Notes: generated by a model from the sequence alone, not told the origin. 64,000 nt of DNA from Eledone cirrhosa (GCA_964016885.1 OZ024749.1:29636001-29700000), one strand, 5' to 3'; counted from the first letter of the stretch, positions 28,918 to 42,902 are shown. Numbers and translations: made by a program.

Positions 28918-29111
28918 ATCATTAGCCAGAAATAGAAGCAATTACACCCCTTCAAAAGGTAGAAATAAAATCCTGGACGAATTCTGTGAACACATTACAA
29001 ACTTCACTTACCAACACTTGCACAGACAAAAACACAAGCCAAACCTCAACAAGAAAGAATGGGAAGAATTAAATAGATTAAAAACCGACAGAACCATTAC
29101 AATTAAAGAAT

Positions 29112-29728
29112 GGAGGGAGAGGAGTATAATAAGGAAGGATGAGATAGGAGGAGAGATGAGTGATAGAGAGAGAGAGATAGCTTTTATAACTGAGAAAAAT
29201 ATATTGTTTTACAGAGAGAGGTTAAAAAACCGCTGGAAGATAATATATAAATTAAAAGAATTTGAAAATTAACGAAGAGAAAAATTTAAGAATGATGTTA
29301 AATTAAGGTTTGTATATTGAAGGGTTTAATAATATGTGCGATGAAAAGAAATTGTTAATATGTATTAAGAATGATATTGAGTTAATGTTTGAATATTGAA
29401 GGGTTTAATATGTGCGATGGAAAGAAATTGTTATTAAAAAAAAAATATATATATATATATGTATTTTTTTTAATAATACATATCAACAATTTCTTTCCAT
29501 CGCACATATTATTAAACCCTAATATACAAACCTTAATTTAACATTATTCTTAAATTTTTCTCTTCGTTAATTTTCAAATTCTTTTAATTTATATATTATC
29601 TTCCAACGGTTTTTTAACCTCTCTCTGTAAAACAATATATTTTTCTCAGTTATAAAAGCTATCTCTCTCTCTCTATCACCCATCTCTCCTCCTATCTCAT
29701 CTTTCCTTATTATACTCCTCCCCCTCCA
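29112..29728. repeat. Long inverted repeat (~245-bp arms) abutting the PLE
   Basis: 29112-29357 is the reverse complement of ~29484-29728. Confidence 0.9.
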
Positions 29729-29781
29729 TTCTTTACTCTCATCTCCTCCTCTTTTTCATCCTTTCCACCCCCTCCCCCTTC

Positions 29782-29885
<104 letters not shown>

Positions 29886-30005
29886 AGATCAAAAGATGGT
29901 TAAAAGAGTTCCATGTATTTTATTATGCGCATTTTTAAAGTTAAAATATGTTGATTTAAAACTGCACTATCCACAAGTGTTTTTAATCTTCATATCATGT
30001 CTTCC

Positions 30006-30076
30006 TATTTTATCTGATGAAAACACAAATGTTATTGCATTATGATATTTGTTTTTGAAATGCGCATAATAAAATA
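30006..30076 (+). ncRNA. Type I hammerhead ribozyme (family B)
   Basis: UAUUUUAU-CUGAUGA-long AU-rich stem II-GAAA-UGCGCA-UA-AUAAAAUA; 8-bp stem I, palindromic stem III AUGCGCAU, AUA triplet. Confidence 0.85.
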
Positions 30077-30199
30077 CATGGAACTCTTTTAACCATCTTT
30101 TGATCTTATATATTATGTATACTCCAGTCCTACAAACTGTAGAGTGCTTCTTATCCGATATCTGCATTGCTTTATTGTACTACAATAAAACTCACCTCC

Positions 30200-30286
<87 letters not shown>

Positions 30287-30288
30287 GG

Positions 30289-30428
30289 GTTCGGATCTAG
30301 CTGTCGGAACGGCCGGAGCTCAGCCGTCGGGGTCCTGACACTTTTCCTATTACCCACTCTGCTACGCTAAGAGTCGAGTACTCTGGTGCGTTATGGTCCA
30401 CCTGGTTTCTTACCATACTTTCATTGTT
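30289..30428 (+). mobile_element. Diverged family-F PLE terminal fragment
   Basis: GGAACGGCCGGAGCTCAGCCGTCGGGGTC plus tail, inside (TA)n. Confidence 0.7.
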
Positions 30429-30611
30429 ATATATATATATATATATATATATGCATACACACACATGGATGGATAGAGATACACACATATATGTATATAG
30501 ATATTTATAAATAAACATATAAGTCCCAGCTGAGTGGATTGGAGCAACGTGAAATAAAATGTCATGCTGAAGGTCACAATGCGCCACCGTGAATTGCACA
30601 CATGACTTTAA

Positions 30612-30832
30612 CCCTTTAGCATTTACATTACTCTATATTTACTATTGTATTTTCGTGGAAAAAAGTTTATTTCACATAATTATTTTACATAATATCGAAT
30701 CTATGAGATTTTGATATTATTTATTTTCAGAACAATACCTCAACATCACTATAAGTGACCATTTATGGCCAGTTTGAATAGAAACAGGTAAGACAATTTT
30801 GGCCAGATATGGCCGGTTTGAATGCTAAAGGG
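30612..30832. mobile_element. piggyBac-type MITE
   Basis: TTAA|CCCTTTAGCATT ... AATGCTAAAGGG|TTAA: TIRs with TTAA target duplication. Confidence 0.85.
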
Positions 30833-31204
30833 TTAAGACGGTAAACCGAACACACTAACCACAAAGCCACTAACAACATTGACTTGGAATACGTAACTGA
30901 CAGAAATATATCCTGGCTTGCATGAACAATGAAGGCATGCAGTGAAAAACGGCGCAGTCATACATAGTTCATATCTGGTGCATGTTGTAGCAAAATATGG
31001 ACTGATTGAACAAATATCGATCGAACTATAACAGCAACAAAAACTACAACAACTACAACAGTGACAACAACAAGAACTAATCGACTGAATTAATACTAAC
31101 ATTAATAGAAAGACCTGCAGCTAGTTAAAATCCGGAGAAGCTGGATATTATTATTGCTGTGTCGAAATACAATAGAGATCACCTCATTATGTATATTATA
31201 GGGT

Positions 31205-31660
<456 letters not shown>

Positions 31661-31802
31661 TTCTGACGGCATACCATACAGCACGCAAGGGAGTTTTATT
31701 TATTTATTTTTTTTGCTCTTACATAGATTTTCTTATAAAACTAAAATGAATTATTGCAACGCAGAATGGAATTAAAATTTAGCAGCTTTTTAATATATAT
31801 GT

Positions 31803-31851
<49 letters not shown>

Positions 31852-31866
31852 TATTTGTATATATAA

Positions 31867-31940
<74 letters not shown>

Positions 31941-32209
31941 ATATATGTATGTATGTATATTTAGAGAGAGAGGGAAAGAGAGAGAAAGAAAGAGAGAGAG
32001 AGGGAGAGAAATAATAAAATTAGATTATTTCTTATTATCCACTATTTAAAGTAGTAAATCTTATTATCGTTAATAAGCACCCTCTCATCTCTCTCTCTCT
32101 CTATATATATATATTATATCTATATATATATCTATATATATACATGTTATATATATATATATATATATATACTATATATGTACTCTCATATATATATATA
32201 TATGTAAGT

Positions 32210-32420
32210 GAAGGTGTGGCTGAGTGGTTAGAGAATTGGATTCGCAATCGTAAGGTTGTGAGTTCGATTCCTGGACCAGGCAATACGTTATGTCCTTGAG
32301 CAAGACACTTTATTTCACGTTGCTCCTTCTACCTGGAGTTGCGACCGATAGATAGTATTAGCAATTGGAAAGTCCAACGGAAACATTGTTCCCTCGGTCC
32401 GATTTGACGAAAGTCGATCG

Positions 32421-32449
<29 letters not shown>
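32210..32449 (+). mobile_element. Full-length SINE family-2 with poly(A) tail
   Basis: A box TGGCTGAGTGG, B box GAGTTCGATTCC, TGTCCTTGAGCAAGACACTT core, ~29-nt A tail. Confidence 0.88.
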
Positions 32450-32453
<4 letters not shown>

Positions 32454-32618
32454 TATATATGGTAGAAATCTGGGTAACTATAGTTACAGGTGGTTCGCCA
32501 TTTAAAGCACCCAGTAATATTACGTGGTTCCATCTTGTGTAAGTTATATATATAACCTACACACATATATACATACATATATATATATATAACCTATACA
32601 TATATATACATACACACT

Positions 32619-32697
<79 letters not shown>

Positions 32698-33067
32698 CCC
32701 CCCCCCCCACATATATATATATATATATACATACAGAGCTGTGAAATCTTACATGCATTAATATCTAAGTCTCTTACGAGGTTAACTTTGCTTTTCATCC
32801 TTTTGGGGTCGATAAAATAAAGTACCAGTAATGTACTGGGTATTTGCTGGCCTTGTGTCAAAAGTAGAAACGATTAATAATTATATTATATTATATTATT
32901 AATAATTATATTGTTTATTTCCAGGTACTATGCTGAAAAATAAACCTCATTTTGTCATTCCATGCGAGTATTTGTTCAGCATATGACGGCGTAATGCTAG
33001 AGCTGTTATATCTTGCATGCATTAATTTCAACTCTTCTTATTCATAACTATACTGTTTCTTTCCGGG

Positions 33068-34066
33068 GACTACGTTAAAAAATAAACATAATTTGGTTCA
33101 TAGACTGGACTATGTTAAAAGATAAACATCATTTGGTTCATAGACTGGACTATGTTAGAAAATAAACATCATTTGGTTCATAGACTGGACTATGTTAAAA
33201 ATAAACATCATTTGGTTCATCGACTGGACTATGTTAAAAGATAAACATCATTTGGTTCATAGACTGGACTATGTTAAAAAATAAACATCATTTGGTTCAT
33301 AGACTGGACTATATTAAAAAATAAACATCATTTGGTTCATAGACTGGACTATGTTAAAAGATAAACATCATTTGGTTCATAGACTGGACTATGTTAAAAA
33401 ATAAACATCATTTGGTTCATAGACTGGACTATGTTAAAAAATAAACATCATTTGGTTCATAGACTGGACTATGTTAAAAAATAAACATCATTTGGTTCAT
33501 AGACTGGACTATGTTAAAAGATAAACATCATTTGGTTCATCGACTGGACTATGTTAAAAAATAAACATCATTTGGTTCATAGACTGGACTATGTTAAAAA
33601 ATAAACATCATTTGGTTCATAGACTGGACTATGTTAAAAAATAAACATCATTTGGTTCATAGACTGGACTATGTTAAAAAATAAACATCATTTGGTTCAT
33701 AGACTGGACTATGTTAAAAAATAAACATCATTTGGTTCATCGACTGGACTATGTTAAAAAATAAACATCATTTGGTTCATAGACTGGACTATGTTAAAAA
33801 ATAAACATCATTTGGTTCATAGACTGGACTATGTTAAAAGATAAACATCATTTGGTTCATCGACTGGACTATGTTAAAAAATAAACATCATTTGGTTCAT
33901 AGACTGGACTATGTTAAAAAATAAACATCATTTGGTTCATAGACTGGACTATGTTAAAAAATAAACATCATTTGGTTCATCGACTGGACTATGTTAAAAA
34001 ATAAACATCATTTGGTTCATAGACTGGACTATGTTAACAAATAAACATCATTTGGTTCATAGACTG
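33068..34066. repeat. 40-bp minisatellite (~25 copies) inside a mariner-type MITE
   Basis: GGACTATGTTAAAAAATAAACATCATTTGGTTCATAGACT; flanks match the MITE at 42087. Confidence 0.95.
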
Positions 34067-34534
34067 ACCAAGATATTCTCATTCCATGAGAATATCTTGT
34101 TCAGTCTATGAACTTTTCTGTCGACTCATATATATACTTTAAAAGAGAGAGTTTTGTACCATAGAACCAGATGCGTTTGGAACATTATTTAAAATTTCTG
34201 TTATTTTCACCAATCTCATATTTTGAAATCTAAATTAATTATATCAATTTATACTCCTTATACTATTGAAACACTCCTCCATCCCCCCATATATATATGT
34301 GTGTGTATGTATGTGTGTATGTATGTATGTATGTATGTATGTGTGTGTGTATGTATGTGTGTATATATATATATATGTGTGTGTGTATATATATATATGT
34401 GTGTGTGTTGTGTGTGTGTGTGTTGTGTGTTATGTATGCATATATGAATGTATGCATGTATGTATTTAAGCATGTCTATATGTCTACATGTCTGTGCATG
34501 TCAATCAATCTATCTGTCTGTTTGTCTGTGGTGA

Positions 34535-34574
<40 letters not shown>

Positions 34575-34748
34575 ACTTTATCACACACAATAATCAAGTG
34601 ATTAATCATAAAATCTGAGATGACAGAATGAATGTGAAAGTTGAATGTTGAATAATAAATGAGTAGAAAAATGAAACAGCTGTAAAAAGTATCACATACA
34701 ATATAACAACCTATATAAAAATGTGTGTTCAAAATTTCGAGGGCCGAA

Positions 34749-34810
<62 letters not shown>

Positions 34811-35305
34811 CAGATTAAAGTTTAAGCAAAGAATCGATGCTTTCACCCTTAACGTGATCTTCTTATCGAGCCCTCTTTGGATTTTAGTCTTCAAATTTAT
34901 TATTATTACTATATATATATATATTTTATCCTTTATACTCTTCCCTTCATTCTTCTACACATCTTACACATCTTACACATCTTATACATACCACGCATCT
35001 CAACGTACACCCACTTACATCTCTCTCTCCACCACCGGATCTTGTTACCCGGAGAATTACCCATTTGCATTGCCGAGGCTTCCAAACGACTTAAAGATAT
35101 TTACACACACATATATATATATATCCCTTCCATAAACTGTACTGATTGTGTTGTTATTTCTGTTTACCTTTTAAACACACACACATATATATATACATGT
35201 GTAAAAGGTAAACAGAAATAACAACACAAATGGTACAGTATAGGGGAGGTATATATTAGGTTAACGCTTGATATAGCAGGCAGAGGGTCTTAACGTTTCG
35301 GACGC

Positions 35306-35338
<33 letters not shown>

Positions 35339-35395
35339 TATATATGTAAAAGGTAAACAGAAATAACAACACAATCGGTACAGTATATGGAAGGG

Positions 35396-35447
<52 letters not shown>

Positions 35448-35505
35448 TATATTCAGCCGTCGAAATTTTAAACATTTTTCTGTGTTTATTTCTCTCTCTA
35501 TATCT

Positions 35506-35585
<80 letters not shown>

Positions 35586-36299
35586 TGGAAAAAAAAGGAA
35601 GAGAATGACTTCACTTTTAGTTGGTATCCTATAACAATTTAATTTCATAATTTTACAATTTTATAAGTTTACAATTATGTTATGTAGAACTAACGAGTCC
35701 TTTGTTAACTTTGGTGGAAATTCTTTTGAAAAATCCTCGTAAACTTTCTAGAGAACTTTCTCGCATACGTCGGTGGCGATTGTCAAACTGATCTAAAGTT
35801 GTAATGTGTTGTAATGTTGTAAAGGTGTATATATAAAGAATTTGGGTGTGTCTGGGGAAGTGTTATTGAGGTGTAAAGTACATGTCATCTTTTGATGTTG
35901 TAAAAAGGAGTTGTAAAAATGCCTTCATATATATGTTACTTTTATATAGTTTTACGTGTTCCAGACGACGGACTGATGCGATCCTGGGCACCGCCATTGA
36001 TATAAACGCATACATATACACACAGTGTCTCACACACACAGTGTATATATATTACCCACTCTACTACCCTAAGTATTGAGTACTCTGGTGCGTTATGGTC
36101 CATCTGGTTCCTTACCACAACTCCTTCGTTATATATATATATATATAAGTTTATCCCGGGTTCAATGGGAGGTAACCACAGTAAGTAAGGTACTCAATAC
36201 AAAGCAGAGTATAAATATTTAAGATAGAAAAAGGTTCTACAGGACTACAACTGTTTCATTCGGGAGAAATCACCTATATATATATATATATAATTTCAG

Positions 36300-36437
36300 C
36301 GAGATCGAATTTCGGCAGTGGTCGAAAACAAAGCGAAACGCAATTTCCGAGATATGCGGCAAGCGCTCCATGGACTAAAAAAAGACCAGAGCAATAAAGA
36401 GGCCAAACTGGCGGTCAAGAAGCCACCAGCCACCTAA
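36300..36437 (+). CDS. Candidate terminal exon (unknown product)
   Basis: TTTCAG acceptor, GC-richer open frame RDRISAVVENKAKRNFRDMRQALHGLKKDQSNKEAKLAVKKPPAT*; no recognised homology. Confidence 0.2.
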   Translation, partial: RDRISAVVENKAKRNFRDMRQALHGLKKDQSNKEAKLAVKKPPAT

Positions 36438-36705
36438 GCCCCCCCCCCCAACGAAGCAAGCTAAACAGGTTAAACAAAAAACTATTTACCTGGACCCCTG
36501 GAATTGATGGTATAATCCAGTAAAGGGTTTCTGCGACACCTAAATCAATTATACTGCTTGCTTCCATATTAAGCTTTTGGTATAATGATCGAACAAGGCT
36601 GCCACTTCGTCAACAGGTATTTTGTTCTCAGCCAGCGTGGGGGATTGCGGCGGTAGTAATATGTAGTAGTGATAACTCCACGTGTATTACCCTCTCTCTC
36701 TCTCT

Positions 36706-36777
<72 letters not shown>

Positions 36778-36786
36778 TATATATAT

Positions 36787-36882
<96 letters not shown>

Positions 36883-37160
36883 GGAGTAACAGAGACGTTG
36901 TGACGGTCAGATTTACTACCCAAATTGTCTTTGGTGAAGAAATAAGCTAAAAAAATCAAAGTATAAAAATAAAGTTAATGAGTGTTAAATAAGTGTTTAA
37001 ATCTTTATTGAGAGAGCAGTATGTTCTTGTCGTTGGTTTGGAAGAGGTTGTAAAAATACTCTCATATATATGTTACTCTCATACAGTTTTACGTCTTCCA
37101 GACGACTGGCTGATACGATCCTGGGCACGGCCATTGACATAAACACATGCGCGCACACAG

Positions 37161-37235
<75 letters not shown>

Positions 37236-37328
37236 CAAACTCACACACACACGCATACACGCACACGCACACACATACACACGCACATACACACACACAC
37301 ACACAAACCCAAACACGCACACACACAG

Positions 37329-37374
<46 letters not shown>

Positions 37375-37375
37375 T

Positions 37376-37454
<79 letters not shown>

Positions 37455-38057
37455 CATACTGGTACGGAGAGCGAGGTAGTTAAGAGAGAGATAAATAAAT
37501 ATATATATATATAGATATATGGAGAGATAGATAGATAGAAAGATAGATAGATAGAGAGAGAGAGCGAGAGAAATTAAGACTAGAGATGTGAGAGAAAGAG
37601 AAAAAGAGAAAAAGAGAAAAAGAGAAAAAGAGAAAAAGAGAAAAAGAGAAAAAGAGAAAAAAGAGTTTGTAGTGTAAGAAAAGAGAAGGAAAGCAAATGA
37701 ATTTTGAATACGATTTTATCTGCTGATAATGAAATTAGTGTAAAATAAATGTCGGCTTTTAAATTATCTTGGAAATAATTAAATAGCATTGAATATCATG
37801 GAAATATATATATGTGTAGATGAAATATATAGGTACCTGTATAACCAGTCACTCATTTATATACACATGCAACATATAGAAAACTATACATCATAAATAA
37901 ATAAATATATATATATATATATATATGCAAAAGTTCTATTTAAAATTGTTGGGATACAACAAGTAAATATTTTTATAACTGATATAAAGCACGCGACAAG
38001 TATTTGGAGTAGATATACGATATTAATAAATGGAAACTATATTTATAAAACCATATT

Positions 38058-38122
38058 TATTTCATTATACATATTTCAGGGATACCAAATTAAATTATGG
38101 TATGCCTTCATCAGACAAAATA
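38058..38122 (-). ncRNA. Type I hammerhead ribozyme (family C)
   Basis: Reverse complement of the 38270 copy. Confidence 0.8.
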
Positions 38123-38269
38123 CAATATATAACAGTTTTATAAATAAGCGTTGACGTACCCTTTTAAAATACAACCATTGTTTTTGGAAGTAATCCGGAT
38201 ACTTCCAAAAACAATGGTTGTATTTTAATAGGGTACGTCAACGCTTATTTATAAAACTGTTATATATTG

Positions 38270-38334
38270 TATTTTGTCTGATGAAGGCATACCATAATTT
38301 AATTTGGTATCCCTGAAATATGTATAATGAAATA
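38270..38334 (+). ncRNA. Type I hammerhead ribozyme (family C)
   Basis: UAUUUUGU-CUGAUGA-AGGCAUACC..GGUAUCCCU-GAAA-UAUGUA-UA-AUGAAAUA. Confidence 0.8.
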
Positions 38335-38373
38335 AATATGGTTTTATAAATATAGTTTCCATTTATTAATATC

Positions 38374-38411
<38 letters not shown>

Positions 38412-38414
<3 letters not shown>

Positions 38415-39249
38415 GTCCCACAAGGCACTGTGTTGGGCCCACTTCTTTTCATCATCTACATTAATGACATTACTGACATTACTGACATCATCAAGCACAG
38501 CAACATAAGAATCTTCGCAGATGATTCCAAACTCCAAAGGGTCATCAATGAGGTGGGTGACCGGACTTGCCTTCAGTCAGACCTACTGGCTGTTATGTAA
38601 TGTTATCGACACCGTTATCTCTTCTCTACTTTTTCCCGACCCCACCTTGAATACTGTTGTCCACTGTGGTCTCTTCACACGAAACAAAGTATCATGAAAG
38701 TTGAAGCACCCCAAAGATTGATTACAAAAAAGATAGATGGCATAACAGGCCTTGACTATTGGAGTCGATTAGAAAAGCTCAACCATTATTCTCTCCAACG
38801 TCGCCGTGAACGCTACATTATCTGCATGATGTGAAAAATATTCCATCAGCTTTGCCCAAATGATGTTGGCATCACCTTTAATGTACACCCAAGACTGTAC
38901 ACCGTGCGATCCGACCACGATAAAAATCTCACTCGCATCTCATAACAACAATACGGTACAATTATTTCACCCCAATTGGCCCTGCTCTCTTTAACATTAC
39001 ACCAAAAACATATTAAAACATATTAAAACGGAAACAAACCCCATCAAGTTCAAGAAGTCTTTGGACAACTTGCTTTAAGAAATCCCGGATAAGCCTCCTA
39101 CACCCGGATATGCCTCCGTAAACAATAACTCTCTGCTCGAGTGGGCCATGGTGCCCAAATCCTGATTTGAAAGACTTGGCCAGGTGGTGCTATTAAGTTA
39201 GACATGGCCTGGGCCAATACTGGCCGAAACCTATCAAAGTTATCAAAGT

Positions 39250-39250
<1 letters not shown>
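38412..39250 (+). mobile_element. 5'-truncated, internally deleted CR1/L2-like LINE
   Basis: GVPQGTVLGPLLFIIYINDI, FADDSKL, LDYWSRLEKLNHYSLQRRRERY; 3' stem-loop GGCC-AATACT-GGCC and (ATCAAAGTT)2 tail. Confidence 0.88.
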
Positions 39251-39280
<30 letters not shown>

Positions 39281-39284
39281 TGAG

Positions 39285-39449
39285 AGAGCTGTACGGGAGC
39301 TTCCCAAAAGTCAGCTCGAAAGTGACACAGAGGAGACTGAGGTTAGCTGGACATGCTCACCGACATCCAGAATTGACACTGCACTCAGTGCTCTTGTGGG
39401 AGCCCCTGCATGGACACACCGGAAGAGGAAGACCAAGGTTAACATATGT

Positions 39450-39452
<3 letters not shown>
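39285..39452 (+). mobile_element. RTE-type LINE C-terminal fragment
   Basis: [14 protein letters not shown]...[21 protein letters not shown]. Confidence 0.85.
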
Positions 39453-39491
<39 letters not shown>

Positions 39492-39559
39492 TGTATTGAA
39501 GTGAAAGCAACTGGTGCGTGTGTTTCTTATTGGCAACATGACCCTCCCAAAGTATAACA

Positions 39560-39953
<394 letters not shown>

Positions 39954-40257
39954 TTAGCTAGAATCCAGTTCTGTTATCAAACACTTTTGTCATTTTGATT
40001 TTAACCTTAGAATCGGATGAGAATGAATCGCAGAGAAATAGCATTGTCTCTACTGTATTGGCTTGATGGATTTAGCAATGAGTTATAAGGTTATTGAGGC
40101 ACAAGAACACAAACGCACGCTATTTGATATCTTTCTCTTTTGATTTATCAACATAATAGATCGATCCTATGTTAATGCAATATATTCTATATTCATAGTA
40201 TAACCCAGCTGTTAACGACATTGTATTAACATATATACATATATATGTAATGTATGA

Positions 40258-40324
<67 letters not shown>

Positions 40325-40332
40325 ATGTATGA

Positions 40333-40416
<84 letters not shown>

Positions 40417-40427
40417 ATGTATGAGTG

Positions 40428-40502
<75 letters not shown>

Positions 40503-40554
40503 ATGTATGAGTGTATATATATATATATATGTAATGTATGAGTGTATATATATA

Positions 40555-40593
<39 letters not shown>

Positions 40594-41734
40594 TATATAT
40601 ATATATAGGTATATATATATATATACTCATTTAAATATATGCATATATATATATATATATACATATATATCTATCTACATACACACAGATCTATACACAT
40701 ACACACATACGCACACATACCCCACGCACACATATAATTACACACACACACACACACACACATATACACCACACACACATACACACCACACACACACATA
40801 GACACACATATATACGGTAATCCTCTGTATTTGTAATTTGATGTTTGCACGATAAAGGAATGTTTCCACGAGAAATCTATTCCGGATTCTTTCACATATG
40901 TTCACAACATTAGTGTTTATGTATCGTCTGCAACTTAAGAAGTTAAACATCGTGTCAATGGAACTAATTAATAATACTAACGTTAAGACTGACAAACGGC
41001 TTTTCCCCCCAATCACATTTCCTCACTCGTTCACGAAATCGCTGGAAAAGCTTTCAAATGAAATCTTGTCCCTGTCAGTAAGAACAATTGTACAAATTAA
41101 TTTTTGCTTTGCTTTTACTTTTCTCTAGCAAGCAGCTCATCAGTTCAGTTGAAATTCCGATGTAAAGGTAATTATTAAGGCATGTCAACCGGATTGGCTC
41201 ATTGTTTATGTTATATAATAAATAATAGACAGGATTCAAAATGGACGTAAATGAAGTATATTCGTACTCTTCAATAATAGTAGTAGAGTGGCTCTAATGT
41301 TGATGATACCCATCACATCTGCTCGTCTATGGATGAATCTTTAGTTTTACTTCGTGTAGTGTGGAAAGATTATAGCCTTGGACTTGTGCGTTGGGTTCTT
41401 GAGCAAAACACTTTATTTCACGTTGTTCCAGGACACTCAGTTAAAAATGAGTACCAGCAGTTACTGTGGATTTAACCCTGTGATAGACTGGCGTCGTGTC
41501 TAGGTGTGGGAGAGTTTTGTACTTTCAGTCGCTTCACACCACAGAAACGAGGATAATCATCGACCCGATGACCCTCCAAGCTCGAAGCAGACTATGTATG
41601 ATCTTTAGTTTTAGTCCAGACGGTGGTGGGTGGAAGATCGTGACTTAGTGGTAAGGGTATTTGGATTACGCGAGTTAGACTCTCGTACCTTTCTGAGAGT
41701 TGTGTCCTTAAACAAAACACATTATTATTACCTA

Positions 41735-42070
41735 CGAAGGTAGGCTGAAACGTTCACAGGCTGAAAAGTTCATAGGCTGACCAAGATACTCTCATGGAAT
41801 GACCAAATAGGGTGGTGGATTGGCAGTATCGGTAGAGGGTCGGACGCCATGCTTTCCAGCATAGTTACGTCCCTTTACGGTCTGAGTTCAAATCCCGCCG
41901 AGGTTTACTTTGCCTTTCATCCTTACGGGGTCTATAAAATAAAGTACCAGTAATGCACTGGGTAATTGCTGACCTTGTGCCTAAAGTAGAAACAATTATT
42001 GTATTCAAGATTTTACAGTACTAACATCACTTCGTCACAGTCAACCTATGAACGTTTGAGAGGACGCTGG
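41735..42070. mobile_element. Mariner-type MITE interrupted by a family-1 SINE (41810-42000)
   Basis: TA|CGAAGGTAGGCTGAAACGTT left end, degenerate right end; full SINE inside. Confidence 0.65.
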
Positions 42071-42086
42071 TATATATATATATATA

Positions 42087-42281
42087 TGGGGGTCGGCTGA
42101 AATGTTCGTAGGTTGAAACGTTCATAGGCTGACCAAGATACTCTCATGGAATGACCAAATGAGGTATATTTTTCAACATAATCGCCGGAAAGAAGAGTTG
42201 AAATTAATGCATGCAAAGATTTCATAGCTCTAGCACCAATCCCCTTCACAGTTAGCCTATACACTTTTCAATCGACCCTCG
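42087..42281. mobile_element. Mariner/Tc1-type MITE
   Basis: TA|TGGGGGTCGGCTGAAATGT ... ACTTTTCAATCGACCCTCG|TA: imperfect TIRs with TA flanks. Confidence 0.75.
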
Positions 42282-42452
42282 TATAGATATAGATATATTA
42301 ATTCGAGTATGTGTTGGTTAATCACCGATACTTCAGTATGCAGGGTAGAGCAGTCGACGTCGTGCGCAGGTGGATCTATTAACTCCGGAGTATATTTATA
42401 AACATGAAGTATAAGTCAACAGGTTATAATTAACTTCGTTTATTCATAGTCG

Positions 42453-42509
42453 CTGTTATATATATTTCGGTGATACATGTTATGCAACAGCTATGACCTC
42501 ATCAGACAG
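42453..42509 (-). ncRNA. Type I hammerhead ribozyme (family D)
   Basis: Minus strand: CUGU-CUGAUGA-GGUCAUAGCUGUU(gcau)AACAUGUAUCACC-GAAA-UAUAUA-UA-ACAG. Confidence 0.75.
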
Positions 42510-42837
42510 ATAGAATTTGAACAGAACAAACAGAAAAACATAATAATTAAATGTACAGACCCACCTTTATAACTATAAAACAACTAGACAGACTAAAAAA
42601 AGAGAAGTTATGGCACCGACACTGTTCATGGCGCAACATTCTCTTCTTTGTCTTCTTCTTCAGTCTGTCTGTCCATGTTTTTTATAGTTATAAAGGTGGT
42701 TTGTACATTTTAATTTACCTTTTTAATTATTGTCTATTTTCCACACTTTTCGTATACATTACGCCCTTCAATCTAGGGGTTCTCTACCCCTCGTAATTGA
42801 AAACATACCGTTTTTGTGTTTTCTTCTCTATATACTG

Positions 42838-42892
<55 letters not shown>

Positions 42893-42902
42893 TATATATA
42901 TT

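Larger units (their letters stand above)
26960..29109 (-). mobile_element. Penelope-like retroelement (Neptune-type), 5'-truncated with 5' inversion
   Basis: PLE RT, Cys-rich linker and C-terminal GIY-YIG; inverted upstream ORF segment at 28918-29109. Confidence 0.93.
37927..38376. mobile_element. Fold-back PLE pLTR fragment (family C): ~175-bp inverted arms plus 90-bp tail
   Basis: 38017-38190 is the reverse complement of 38201-38376; flanked by (TA)n; homologue at 58432-58685. Confidence 0.85.

Noticed and set aside
30833-31102. EGF-like CSCKPGY in a minus-strand ORF
   Set aside because: Cys spacing is incomplete and no clear splice sites
36653-36692. HDV-like P1 plus TCCACGT
   Set aside because: P3 is incomplete, and there is no P1.1 GG, P4 or catalytic C segment
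41110-41150. Minus-strand CTGATGA...GAAA
   Set aside because: Stem II and stem I do not pair
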